Shown here: positions 50,319-63,269 of the stretch, one piece after another
Numbering within the stretch: position 1 is the first letter of the stretch
Layout of the letters: each line of letters starts with the position of its first letter
Made by a program: the position numbers and the translations under genes
The notes under the pieces: generated by a model
The model's database searches: none
The model's input: the letters and a program-made list of their open reading frames with translations, nothing else
What the model was told of the DNA's origin: nothing
Assembly: GCF_000315625.1 (NCBI RefSeq)
Contig: NW_005434617.1
Location: 417,085 to 481,084, forward strand
From: Guillardia theta CCMP2712
Taxonomy: Eukaryota; Protista; Cryptophyta
Length of the DNA: 64,000 nt
Reading direction: 5' to 3'

Positions 50319-50379
50319 GGAAGCCGGTGTTCGCTTCAGGACACAAGGCGTGTTGTGTTGTGTGGGTGGGTGAAGATGG

Positions 50380-51035
50380 GATTCTGGTACCAGGGGGTAC
50401 CTTGTGATTGTGATGAAGTTGGGGTACTCAGGATAGAGGATGGGGTCATGAACATTCAGAGGGTCTCAGTAGCAGGGTGGTAAGTACAGTTATGAAGGAA
50501 TTTTTAGGGTTGTGAGGTCAGGAGGTGGGGGTGTAATTCTCATGGGGTGGGGTTCATTTCCTAGATGGGGTCCACATGAGGGGTTTGCGATCATACCCGG
50601 CTGCACTACCCCCTCATCCCCATGTGTTACTACCGTTCCGAGACAGATACCCTATGGACCCGACCCTCCAGCTCTACCTTTACGCTAGTCCACCCCTCCC
50701 TCCGACCCACGTCGGTAATCAAAGTACCCCACCCCTTGCCTGCAGTGCAGTACGAAACTTGCAGTGCTGAACTTTGTCCCACCCCTTGGCCTTGTAAACT
50801 CCGACAGCCCCCACCCCTCCATGAGATGCCTCTGGGCAGACAATGCACCACCACCCTGCACACAAGAATCCTGCATTTTAGACTTGAAATATATGGAACT
50901 ATTTTCGTGCGAAATTTCAAATAATGCCTTGAGTTTTTGAATAAGATATTTCATTTGAAATTTTCACCCACCCCAGCAAGTCAACGAAACAGAATCCCCG
51001 CGCAGATCTACCACCCCCACCTACCCAATATGACC
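50380..51035. promoter_or_regulatory. GGGGTA-to-TACCCC island between divergent genes
   Basis: G-rich words at 50380-50585, C-rich words at 50590-51035 and an AT-rich patch at 50870-50965. Confidence 0.5.
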
Positions 51036-51723
51036 ACCCACATCGGAAGATCTCTCTAAAAGGAGGTGGGGAGAGGATCGGGAGAATCGGAGAAGCAGCA
51101 AGGAGGGTGAAAATGGTAGTAGAACGAGGAGGAGGAGGAGGAGGAGGAGGAGGACGAGAAGAAGAGGAGTCAAGGGCAAGGTAGTCGAGGACGATGGTAA
51201 CAAGGTAGAGGGTGCAAGGCATATCGGCAAGGCAAGCTAGAAGGGATGGAAGGACGAGACAAAGCATGGGCTGGAGCAGCAACGGCGCCATAGTGCGAGT
51301 AGATGAAAGCGGGCAGAAAGATCAAGGAGAAAAGCCTCTGGCTGTGTAGATATAAGATATAATTGTCAGCAGGAGTCAAGGTGATGAAAGTATTAATGTT
51401 TGAAACAAGATGGAGAATAAGTGTTTCTGATTGCGAAGGAAACTGTGATGATTGTTTCTACAAAGTTATGTTGAAGGACAAAGGTTGGACGAGAGCTAGG
51501 GATCATGCATGCAGGAAGGCAGATGAATACACACACAAACGAAGAGGAAATTCAAGTGTGGATTGGACTCATATGAAATCTGCTCAAGAAAAAAATTGCA
51601 ACAAAGTTCTAGCCCATAGATTGAAGAACCGTGTATTTTTAAAAAGTTGCACTGAAGTATGTTACAACGCAAGATTTGATTCGAAATGGCAACCAGAGAT
51701 TGATTTCGGCATGTGACATTTTG

Positions 51724-54700
51724 ATGCAGATGCAAACGTCAGGGCCTCCTCACCTTGCCACGGAGTACATCAACGTCTCCAGGGAGGGGGTTCCCCAGGG
51801 GGACACACCTACAGGAGGGTTCTCTCCCAGCTACAACAGCATCTCTCCCAGGGGAGTATACGACTCCGGTCGCCGATACCAGGGTGACGTCAGGGGGAAG
51901 AGAAACTCCCTGGAAACAGCGCAAACGCGCAGGAGCAGCATGCTGAGGGTGAAGGATCACGACCTCGGGCAGGCTGGGGTTGGACTTGTCTTTGTCAAAG
52001 ACGATACAAACGACCATCCCGTGGTTGCAGCTGTGACGGCTGATGGGTCTGCCTTCCGGGACGGACAGATCCAAGTAGGAGATAGAATCACCAGGGTTCA
52101 AGGACAGCCCACTTTCGGAGTCAGCACGGAGGGGCTTGCGGAGAGGATTCTAGGTCCTTACGGATCTTCGGTGAGCCTGACCTTCATACGACAAGGAGAC
52201 GACAGAGAGTTTGTAGTCAGCCTCATCCGAGGATCTCCGATCTACTGGCACATGACAGATCAAATCCAAATCCTGCAGAAGACCGTGGAAACGCTGGATA
52301 TGGAGAAGATAAAGATTCGATCCGATTTGGAACAGCTTCTGACCAATGAAAGAAAGCAGCATTACTCTGAGATGAGCGAGAAAACCAAGAGGCATGATGC
52401 CTTCGTGTCAGAAATGAGTGCTCACCACCAGCAGTACGTTGAATCTTTGTCGAGGAAACATGAAGCCGATATGCAGCAGACCACAGACCGTTTTATGCAC
52501 CAGATAGAAACGTCCAAGAAGGATCATATGCAACAGATGACTGAGGCAGCTAAAAACTTTCAAGCAACGATCGATGAGTACAAGCGACAGTATAGCGATC
52601 TCATCGCTGAGCAAAAGAAGCAACACTCTGAAACCATTGCGTCGTATGAGAAAATGCAAATTCACGCAATGAACGAAAAGGAGGTGCAAATCGCTCAAAT
52701 TCACAAGAATTTCAACGAAAAGCTTGAAACTTATAATTTGGAGCTTCGGACAAAATCAGAAGTGCTCGAAACTAAAGAAATTGAGAACGGCCGACTCAAG
52801 AGTGATGTGCAAACCTTGAAGGGGAAATGCACATCTCTGGAAGGAGAGCTAAAAGCAGCCGCAAAAGACATGAAGGTATCTTGTCTTTTTCCCTGCTCGA
52901 AGCTTTAACGCCCTCGCCTTCAGGAGCTCAAAGATTCATTCTCAGCTCTCAAGACTGAGAACCAGTCGACTATCCAGCAATTGAGACAGGAGCTTGAAGC
53001 GTACATGCGCCAGGTCTCGGATCTCAACGCCAGCCTCTCCAAGCAAGCCCAGGAGCTCCGTATTGCACACAAGGAGAAGAGTGAGCTCGTCTCCTCCCTC
53101 AACTCCGTTCGCGCCGAGGCCGATCGGCTGCAGGCAGAGCAGAAGGTCTTGGACCCATGCTCGCTCCTCTCCGGCCTGTGACGAGACTTGGCAGGCGCTG
53201 GAGGGTAAGCTCGAGAAGCTGGGCTCAGACAGCAACCAGAAGATACAAGCTGTCGAGGATCGGGCCAAGCAGGTCCAGCAGAAGCTTGAGCAGCAGCTCA
53301 AGGCCGCCAAGGACGAGCTGGAGAGCACAAAGCACGCGCTCGGAGAGCAGAGGGCTCTTAGCGAGGAGCTGAAGATCAAGGGGGAGCGGCTGACCCAAGA
53401 CAAGCAGGTAAGAGATCGAGTCTGACCGGGAAGGGAGGGCATGGGCCGGAGAGGAGGGAGGGAGTAATGCACATCACAGGACCTGCGAAGCAAGCTCGAG
53501 AGTCAGGAGGCAGAGCACAGCACACGGATGAAGAAGCTGCAGGAGGAGCTTGAAGCGTACATGCGCCAGGTCTCGGATCTCAACGCCAGCCTCTCCAAGC
53601 AAGCCCAGGAGCTCCGTATTCTTACATTGAGCCCCGGTTTCGTCTCCTCCCTCAACTCCGTTCGCGCCGAGGCCGATCGGCTGCAGGCAGAGCAGAAGGT
53701 CTTGGACCCATGCTCGCTCCTCTCCGGCCTGTGACGAGACTTGGCAGGCGCTGGAGGGTAAGCTCGAGAAGCTGGGCTCAGACAGCAACCAGAAGATACA
53801 AGCTGTCGAGGATCGGGCCAAGCAGGTCCAGCAGAAGCTTGAGCAGCAGCTCAAGGCCGCCAAGGACGAGCTGGAGAGCACAAAGCACGCGCTCGGAGAG
53901 CAGAGGGCTCTTAGCGAGGAGCTGAAGAACAAGGGGGAGCGGCTGACCCAAGACAAGCAGGTAAGAGATCGAGTCTGACCGGGAAGGGAGGGCATGGGCC
54001 GGAGAGGAGGGAGGGAGTAATGCACATCACAGGACCTGCGAAGCAAGCTCGAGAGTCAGGAGGCAGAGCACAGCACACGGATGAAGAAGCTGCAGGAGGA
54101 GCTTGAAGCGTACATGCGCCAGGTCTCGGATCTCAACGCCAGCCTCTCCAAGCAAGCCCAGGAGCTCCGTATTGCACACAAGGAGAAGAGTGAGCTCGTC
54201 TCCTCCCTCCACTCCGTTCGCGCCGAGGCCGATCGGCTGCAGGCAGAGCAGAAGGTCTTGGACCCATGCTCGCTCCTCTCCGGCCTGTGACGAGACTTGG
54301 CAGGCGCTGGAGGGTAAGCTCGAGAAGCTGGGCTCAGACAGCAACCAGAAGATACAAGCTGTCGAGGATCGGGCCAAGCAGGTCCAGCAGAAGCTTGAGC
54401 AGCAGCTCAAGGCCGCCAAGGACGAGCTGGAGAGCACAAAGCACGCGCTCGGAGAGCAGAGGGCTCTTAGCGAGGAGCTGAAGAACAAGGGGGAGCGGCT
54501 GACCCAAGACAAGCAGGTAAGAGATCGAGTCTGACCGGGAAGGGAGGGCATGGGCCGGAGAGGAGGGAGGGAGTAATGCACATCACAGGACCTGCGAAGC
54601 AAGCTCGAGAGTCAGGAGGCAGAGCACAGCACACGGATGAAGAAGCTGCAGGAGGAGATGGATGAGTTGAGCAAACAATTGAAGGTGTTGCAAATCCTTT

Positions 54701-56164
54701 GTGCTTCGTCGTGGCTGACAACTTTCCCAGAATCTCTCAAAACAGTTGCAAGAACAGATGAAAATCAACGCAGACCTGAAAGACCAAGTACAAGATGGAA
54801 CAGACATGCAGGACGAAGTCAAGCGTCTCAAGGCTGCTCTGCTTGCCAGCCAGAAGACAGTGAAAGACCTTGATGAGACTGTGTCTCTCCTCCGTCCAGA
54901 GAACGAGCTGCTGCAAAGTCAGGTCGACGAGCTGAAGGAGGAGCTGATTCTCTTCAGGGTAAGGACGTGGGAGGATGTTGACAGCAGAGGTCTTGACTTT
55001 GTGTTCAGAACGCCAGGTTGCAGATTGTGACGAAGTATGCTCTCATGGAGAGTAAGCTTGAGGAGAAGATCTTTCTCCTGTCTGAAGAGCGAAACCGATT
55101 CAAGACTGAGATCGAACACTTCTACTCCTTGCCGTAAGAGCAGGACGAGGAGGAGGAGGAGGACGAGATGAGGAGAGGAGAAGGAACACTTCTACTCCTT
55201 GCCGTAAGAGCAGGACGAGGAGGATGAGGAGGACGAGATGAGGAGGAGGAGAAGGAGAAGGGATGACATTGTACCAGGAATCCTTGCGGAGTTGGGATGG
55301 GGCTCGAGACAAAAGTCATCACGAGCTCCAAGCTGAACGTTCATGAGGAGGAGGTGAGGGTGATCGACCTGGTGCCCGGAATGTCTGCCGCTCTCTCCGG
55401 TGCCATAGCGATCGGAGACAAGATCTTAGAGGTGAGAAGGAGGGGGAGGGAGAAGGGGAAGGAGGGGAGGGAGAAGGGAAGGAGGGGGAGGGGGAAGGGG
55501 AAGGAGGGGGAGGGAGAAGGAGGAGGGAAGAAGATTGGGGGAGTTTGAGGGGAATGACTGGTTCGCGAAGATCGACGGCTTTTCCACGTGTGGCAAGTCG
55601 TCGGATGAGATTAAGAACATCGTGTCGGGACAGCGCGGGTCCAAGATCGTGCTAAGTGAGCCCATGCTGCCTGCTCTCCCCCTGCTGACTCGCCTTCAGC
55701 TGTAAAGCGAACCAACGATGAGGTGGTCAAGGTCGTTCTTAAGCGCGGAGCATGGGGACCCGAGCATGCAGTTGTCACCCCAGAGCACTGGGACATGCAG
55801 GTAGAGGAGGAAAGGAGGGAGAGCAAGAGAAAAGAAGGGCGAGGAGGGAGGGAGCAGGGGAGAGGAAGGGGCAGGAAGGGCGAGACAAGGCGGGGAGTGG
55901 ATGGCAAGCAGGGATGGATGGATGGATGGATGGATGGATGGATGGATGGATGAAGGGATGGATGGATGGATGGATGGAGGGAGGGAGGGAGGGAGGGAGG
56001 GAGGGAGGGAGGGAGGGAGGGAGGGAGGGAGGGAGGGAGGGAGGGAGGAGATAAGTGAATTGACATTTAAAGTTGCAGAACGGAGGAAGTTGGCCGCAGC
56101 CTCGTTCACCGAAGGAGTTGGAAAGAGATCTGACATTAGAGAAGAACGATTGAAATCCAAGTGA
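51724..56164 (+). CDS. PDZ - long coiled coil - PDZ protein, multi-exon
   Basis: PDZ1: [44 protein letters not shown]2: [39 protein letters not shown] heptad-rich region lies between them. Confidence 0.88.
52988..54657 (+). repeat. Tandem triplication of an exon/intron module (556, 553, 556 bp)
   Basis: Units start at 52988, 53544 and 54097. Each has identical 49- and 72-nt introns and 145 (or 144) codons. Confidence 0.97.
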
Positions 56165-56232
56165 AACCTTGAATTACCTTTTGATTCAGTTTCATTGGTT
56201 GGAAATTCAAATTCATCTGTCTGAATTCATGT

Positions 56233-57097
56233 TCACGCATCGAAATTCTCTTCGTGCCTGGTTGCCCTGAGGCTCAAAACTCTCTCGAGCTCCTGCTGAT
56301 ACACCAGCTGGGATCGAAGTTGTTCCTGTTCAATATCATCGACTTGCTGTTTCTCTCTTGGCTCTTGTCGAGCATCGTGTTCTTGTCTTGCTGCAAGTGT
56401 TGCTGTATCTTGTTGTCTTGCTGTATCTTTCTGTTTTCTCTGTATCGTCATAAGAGAAATTCTGCTTGAACATGCACAGACTCACCGATGCGCTCGTTCT
56501 TCCCGTAGACCTCCTCGTCCTGATGTTGAGGAAGAGCTCCGTCATCACTTGCGGGGTCAAGGGCCCGCACGTCTGTTCCCCAAGGCTCAAGCTCTCCTCC
56601 TCCTCACTGCCTTCCTCTTCCCGACTTGAGCTCGCACAGAAAATGATCTCTTCCTCCGTGCTAGCTGCTGTCTCTCCCTCCTCAACTTCCTCCATCACGT
56701 CCTCAGTCTGTAGTTGCTCCTCCTCGCACCTCCTCCTCCTCCTCTTCCCCGGTGGCTCGTCGCCTTGCCGGGCAGGAGCGAGTGCGCGGTGAGCAGCATC
56801 AAGACAGGCGAGGGAGGCCAAGAGCTCCGCCCGCAGGGGGTCAAAGTGAAGCAGAAAAGTCGAACTGAAGTCATCAAAGAAGGAGACGTCGACATCTCCT
56901 CCTCCTCCTTCTCTCCTGCTCCTGTCACTGCATTCCACCTCTTCGCTCCTTATATCTCGTTCGTTCGCCATCCCACGCAACTGCTGCAGTCTCAAGTTCG
57001 CCTGAGCAACCAGTGAACGAGCCGAGCACAAGAACAAAGACATCACCAGCTCAACCCGAGCTGCTGCCTCCGACACACAGTTCTGGATCCAACCTCT

Positions 57098-57154
<57 letters not shown>

Positions 57155-57421
57155 CTCCGCAGAGCGGGAGACTGGGAGGGAAGCGTTCTGGCGTGCAAGG
57201 AGGAGGGAGCAAGTGCGACGAAGGAGGCGATCGACTCGGAGCTCGAGGCTGCTGCCGCTGCATAAGCACGAGAGCGATCGGAGCACGTGGAGTATCTCCT
57301 GCGATCAGGTCAGGGGAGGGGAGGAGGGCAGCGACTCCTCACGTTCTCCTCGTCCATTCGCCTCCACATGCAGTAGAAGAAATCTTTCTGTGCTCGGACC
57401 AGACTCGACTTGAGAGTTGAT

Positions 57422-57452
<31 letters not shown>

Positions 57453-57497
57453 CTTGTTGCTGTTGTTGTTGTTGTTGCTGTTGTTGCTGCCCCTGCC

Positions 57498-57538
<41 letters not shown>

Positions 57539-58814
57539 CTGTAGACCTCTGCGAGATCCTTCAAGCATCGTAACAAGATCTCGCGCATGTCTTGGCTCTC
57601 CCCTGCTCACAGAAAGTCAAGATTTTCCCCATCCCTCTGCTCCTCTCTGTTCTTCTCAACCTTGATCTTCTTGTTTCATCCACTTCTGCAGCCTCGAAAC
57701 TGCTGAGAGTCAGTACACCACGACCACAACCACCGCCATGTCCTCCTCCTCCCCTTCCACACCTTTGACATCTCCTTCCCCCCCCCCCCCACGCAAATGG
57801 AATGAGCATGGCAACTGGAGGAAGATAGGAGAGAGGAACTTTCTTAGCATGGACATATGTTCACATTACAAAAAACTGGGGTGGGTGTGCCTGCTATAGG
57901 CAGGAGAGGGGGGGCAAGAGGGCACGTATAATGAAGGAGGGGGGGAGANNNNNNNNNNNNNNNNNNNNNNNNNNNNNNNNNNNNNNNNNNNNNNNNNNNN
58001 NNNNNNNNNNNNNNNNNNNNNNNNNNNNNNNNNNNNNNNNNNNNNNNNCGCTCTGCTCTGCTCTGCTCTGCTCTGCTCTGCTCTGCTCTGCTCTGCTCTG
58101 CTCTGCTCTGCGCTCCTCTCCTCTCCTCTCCTCTCCTCTCCTCTCCTCTGCTCTCCTCTCCTCTCCTTTCTCCTTCCCTCTCCCTCGCTTTCGTCTTCCT
58201 ACTCGCGTCTGGTTTCGCCGTCTCCCGACTCTGAGGCGGAGGTGTGAGATATAAGGAGAAGCGAGGGAGGGGAGGGAGAGCAAGGCAGGCAGAGCATGAT
58301 CGACAGTAGGAGGAGGGGCAGGAGCAGGAGGGGCAGGAGCAGGAGGGGCAGGGGCAGGAGGAGCAGGAGCAGGAGGGGCAGGAGCAGGAGGGGCAGGAGC
58401 AGGAGGGGCAGGAGAGTCGAGCAAGAACGGATATCAATGATGACTAAGAGGACGGGGAGCAGAGGGCCACACGGCGAAGCAGGTGAAGCAGAGCAGCGAG
58501 ACGTCAGAACAAGAAGAGGAGAATGAAGAGGAGGAGGAGGAGGAGGAGGTTCAAGTGCAAGAAGGGGAAAACGAACACGAGTATCTGGGGAAGACCGGAG
58601 CTTACCTGACCTTACATGATAGAACCATGAAGATCCGTCGGGCGCTTGCAGCGTCGCTGCTTTCCATCGTTGTAAACTCGGGGCTGGTCGCCTCCTTCGC
58701 TTCATCTCCCGCTCTCGCTAGATCGATGAGCGTCAAGGCTGTGCATGCTTGCAGAGCTTCTTCTTTCCACGGCATGGTGAGGACACGAGGACCAGGACTG
58801 TGCGTGGTCATCAA
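56233..58814 (-). CDS. Multi-exon hypothetical protein with polyQ tract (spans gap)
   Basis: Helical-looking frames 58602-58814, 57310-57588, 56480-57300 and 56233-56451 with plausible splice sites. Confidence 0.5.
57949..58048. other. Assembly gap (100 N)
   Basis: Run of N next to (CTCTG)n. Confidence 1.
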
Positions 58815-59371
58815 GTGACGCGATGGCAGGCTGCTGGCCAGTCGTCAGTCCTCTCCCGCCGCTCTCGCTCTGTGCGGCTCAACGGCGTGTCGGGCTCGAG
58901 GATGGTGATTTACTGATCCATCAAAACCGCCTTCGACGCATTCAGATTCTATGTGCTGCGTCAGGGCGAGGAGCTGCGAGGTGAGAGGCGCAGGCAGCTG
59001 GGTTGCTCCTCATGCTGGTGCAGGTACCGGAGTGTGGGGAGCTCTCAGGATCAAGAGGGATCCGGATGAGAGCAAAGAGCAGGAGAAGAAGGAGGAGCGG
59101 GAGAGCTCTGACTAGGCCGCCCTGACGGGATACGCCCGAGAAGCGGGTGAAGGGAAGGAGCAACCATGACGGACGCATCAGAAAAGAAAGCTTGATACGC
59201 CCTGAGACCTCTTCCCTCCCTCCCCTCCCACTCGCTGCCTCTCCTTGGCGATGTTATAAATTTCAAAATCTCACGTGGAATGTCTGCGGGTAGTTAGAGG
59301 TTGGGATGAGCAGGAGGGAGGGAGCAGGGGAACAAGAGTTCTTCCTAGGAGGGAACAGTCAAGAGCAGCAA

Positions 59372-60872
59372 GTCATGTCCTCTTCAGCTCGCCGTCTCTT
59401 GTAACAAAACCTTCAGCATATCACCAACGGTCTGTGCGACAGGAAGCAGGTGTTCTGCTCCCGAACCAATCCCGAGGGCTCGTAGGGAAGCAGAAGTTTC
59501 TACCTCCTTGTCGCCTTTGAGGTCCTGCAGCAGGGTCAGCGAGGACATCCGGCTGTGGGACGGGAGGAGGAGCAGACCTCAGAGAAGATCCAGTCATCAG
59601 CAGGGCTGACAGGAGCAGGAAGGGACATGTCCAAGCATCCTCGAATCAGAAGCTCTCGCAGCTCTTTGGTAGCACGTCAGTCAGGCCCCCTACCTCCTCC
59701 TGCTGACCTTCCGCGCTTGTTCGACGCTCCTGCCCAACGATGAAGCGCCTGCGAGCCATGCTCACCCTCCTGCGAAACTCTCGGACGCTCCTCGTTCACC
59801 TGGACTCGCTCAACGCTTCTCCCGGCATCTCAGCAGCAGCGAGATGAGCCCGAGCAGCGTCTCGCACGTCACAGATCAGCCTCGTCTGCACCTGCTCGCA
59901 GCATGAGGGAAGGAGACGGCGGCCGCTGCTTGCCTTGCCCTCCCCTCTCAGCCATCGGCGAACTTGCTGCAAGGACGCACTCTTGACGCCTGAGGACCGA
60001 GGAGGACCGAGGAGAAACGTTGGAAGAATGGAAACTACTTCAATTCCATGCTCCCGTCCAAACTGCAAGGCTTCCTACTGGAGGGTGAGGGTCGACAAAA
60101 TATCGGGGGAAGCGAGAACGAAGAGGCGGAATTGAGGCAGAGGAGGAAGAGGAGGAGGAGGAGGAAGGACCTTCTCTGACTGAGTCTTTCCGTACTGGTA
60201 GGCTTCCATGCCGGGCCCGTCTTTCGTGCTCACTGTGTTCCAATCATCCGAAGTGAAGAATTCCTGCCGTCAGGGTCAGCGCACAGCCCCAGATATCGCT
60301 CGCACGCCCCACCCCATTGCGAGGTTTCTGTCCACTTCCTCTCAGAGCGGCGACAGAGGAAGTCAAGACCACCCGCCTCACTCCGGCTCTTCTCGCGCTC
60401 GCCATTACCTGTGCCTGCTAGTCATGCCGCCATTGATTCAGAGCAGCCGGACACGTTCAAGGTGCCTTCAATGCAAGTGCTGACTACTTGCTGCTTCTGA
60501 CTGGCTTGTTGGAGAGACACGGGGAACGGAGAGGCAGCGTGAAACACGACTTGCACTCCTTCGAAGGCTTCATCGAAGCTTCCTTCCTCCAAGAGCTCAC
60601 ACCCACGCACTACTCTCACACCATCCATGGCTGGTAAGGCAGCTGACGGCCGAGCTCTTACAGTCGTGACAACCTTGCGAACATTCAGCAACATACGAGG
60701 AGGCGAGTCGAACAACCTCGTGGCCCTGTGCGCATAGCTGAGCAATCAGCTCCTGACCCAGGAAACCTCCTCCTCCCGTCACACATGCAGCATATCCCGC
60801 AGCTCTTTCACTCCACAACACCAGGACAGAAGCAAGCAAACTCAAGCTGCTCAGTATTCTTGTCAAGTTCAT
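59372..60872 (-). CDS. NAD(P)-dependent epimerase/dehydratase-type extended SDR (CCR/DFR-like); 3' end approximate
   Basis: CVTGGGGFLG, VFHAASP, GTLNV, VVLTSSVAA, catalytic YQYGK and DVRDAARAHL, preceded by an N-terminal hydrophobic signal. Confidence 0.92.
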
Positions 60873-62047
60873 CCACGAGTCTTCTTCTCCCCCTCCTCTT
60901 AGTTCGCCATGTTCCCTACCGGATCCCACACCTGATCCCACCGGGACGAGCCTGGGCGGGCCTGTTTTCAACTACGAACCAGCTTCGTTGAGAGTTTTAA
61001 AATGACACATTGAATATTGAAAATACAAGCGTTTATTTCTTTCAGATTCAGAGCCACGAACTTGTTTCGTTTGACATTCCAAGTTTTTGGGTAAAGTTTA
61101 ATAATCACTATTAAAGAGATGTACTGTAAGCTGCATCAGATAGAGACTGAACTGGTACAATTTCTAATACCATTATATAAAACTATATATAAAGATCGAT
61201 TACCGGGAACCTTTGGTACAATAAAAGTGCCAATATTATATATCATTATATTTTGTACTGGTTGGAGACACTCAGGAAAAAAAACATAAAACTTATTATT
61301 TCCTTCATAAACGCTGGTCTTCGGATTCCCGGAGGGGGTGGTCAGGCCATTCACTTGTAGGGTAAGTTTGCTGGAATGATGGCAAAAGACCCACCCTTCC
61401 CTCATAAAATATACAGATTATAAAATACTCAATATCCTCATATGGTACCAAAATTTGAATTTGAATGAGTACCTTTGGAAATTTTCTGCCTCTGATGAAA
61501 ATTTGTGACTCACACACCATGGCAGGGCAGGTGAGGCAGACGCTTCAGGGAGGACGGGAAGATGTGGAGAGAGGAAAGGAAGGAGGCGGGGGGAGATGAG
61601 GGGCGGAGGAGGCGAAGAAGAATGCGTCAGAGAACATGATGGCCAGAAGGAGACGAAAGTTGTATATAAGAACATGAGGTTGTCTTGGACCGAGACAAAC
61701 CGCAGGAGTAAGAATATTGCAGAGTGTGGGAGAGAGGGAGAGGAAATCGAGACGGGAATGATTCGTTTTCACGGAAACAAAACATGAAAACCTATGAGAG
61801 GCGTGCGAGAATTGTCACAAGGTGGAAGGATGATTACTGAATTAGCAAGTTTCTTGATAATTGTAGACGAAGGGTACCGAACAAGCAGTAGGATCGGAAC
61901 AAATGACAAAACATGAGGTAGCAGATGCATTTTCAGAGGAGAGGAGAGCAGAGGTATCTTAGAGAGAACGTAAGCAGGAGAATTGCGTTCAGCGCAGGCC
62001 TTTATCCTTTCATAACGTAAAGTTGACGTCTTTTGCAGTGCATCACA

Positions 62048-63070
62048 ATGGATAACGATCTTGACATGTCAAGTCTGCCGTCGGATTGTTTTTCTGAGTG
62101 GAGTGGCAACGAAATGAGCAATATCAAGTATGATTCGCTTCTCCTGACTCCTGAGCGAAGCATCAAGGTTTGGGCTCACCCCTACGAGGAACATTTGTTA
62201 GACCCCTGCAAGTTCTTGGATTTCAATCAGTTCCCTGCCGTTGACTTGCCATGCACGAATCCCTTTGCTGCCCTCCAGACTTGCAGCAACTCGACGGAGT
62301 CAACGAGCAAGGAGGTAGCGCAGGGATGCTCGTCGTCGGATGGCAGTGCGCTGGAGGACGGAGTGCAGCAGTTGCCGTCTTGCGCGTCTTGGGGTAAGAG
62401 CGACCGGCGGGGAGTACGAGAGCCTCTGTCAATGTCCAACTTCAACCAGAGAAGCGAGGTGAGGGAAAACAGAGACCTCGACTCTGTGGACCTCGAGGGA
62501 GGCGAGAATGGTGAGTTGCCGATGATGAGGAGCGTGTGGACGAGGAGCAGCCACGAGGGTCTCCTCACATGCGTGGAGGGCAAGAAGCGATGGTACCAGT
62601 GCATCGACTGCTCCTACCGCAACGATCGACTCTACCACAGCAAACGTCACTACGAGAGGATCCATGTCAAGCACGGCAAGTCGGCTCCTTCCAAGCGCAA
62701 GTACCCCGAGGCTGCCAGCGACGGACTGCCAGGTCTGGTGCAGCTAGATCCGATATCGGTAGCGAGCCGATGCAACAAGGATGCTGGAGGAAGTGAAGGA
62801 AAAGTAGAGGAGGCTATGAACATGCAGCCAGTCAAGGTTGAGACTTGGAAAGGTGATAGTCAGGTCAAGGAAGAAGGAAAGAAGAAGCCGCGCACGGAGA
62901 AGCTGAAGCCTGGAGTGACCATGATTAAGTCGAGAAAGATATCGCAGACACTCAGCACGCGAGAGGATCTCGATCAGGCAGAGTGGGAGGCGGTTGCGAA
63001 CAATTATAATCACTTCCAAGTGGTGGCAACTTGCGACGACTTTTCGTGGAACTTTCACTCTGATTCATGA
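62048..63070 (+). CDS. Single C2H2 zinc-finger protein, likely transcription factor
   Basis: YQCIDCSYRNDRLYHSKRHYERIH in an intronless ~340-aa ORF with basic NLS-like patches. Confidence 0.85.
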   Translation: MDNDLDMSSLPSDCFSEWSGNEMSNIKYDSLLLTPERSIKVWAHPYEEHLLDPCKFLDFNQFPAVDLPCTNPFAALQTCSNSTESTSKEVAQGCSSSDGSALEDGVQQLPSCASWGKSDRRGVREPLSMSNFNQRSEVRENRDLDSVDLEGGENGELPMMRSVWTRSSHEGLLTCVEGKKRWYQCIDCSYRNDRLYHSKRHYERIHVKHGKSAPSKRKYPEAASDGLPGLVQLDPISVASRCNKDAGGSEGKVEEAMNMQPVKVETWKGDSQVKEEGKKKPRTEKLKPGVTMIKSRKISQTLSTREDLDQAEWEAVANNYNHFQVVATCDDFSWNFHSDS

Positions 63071-63269
63071 TGAATGTGACTCGACGCCTTCACACTTGAA
63101 CAAATAATCTGTCTCAGCTGTGATACTTGTAAATGTAGTGCTTATGTTTGTCCTGGCCGTTACTCTGCTCGATAGGTTTTGAAGAAGTAAAACAACACTT
63201 GTAACGAGTGTATATCGTTTGCATGCTAACCCACTATCCTACAGTCAAACATCGGTTGTCACTCATGCC

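Noticed and set aside
51363-51716. 117-aa Cys-containing ORF
   Set aside because: AT-rich, no recognisable motif, and it abuts the PDZ gene start; coding status is unsupported.
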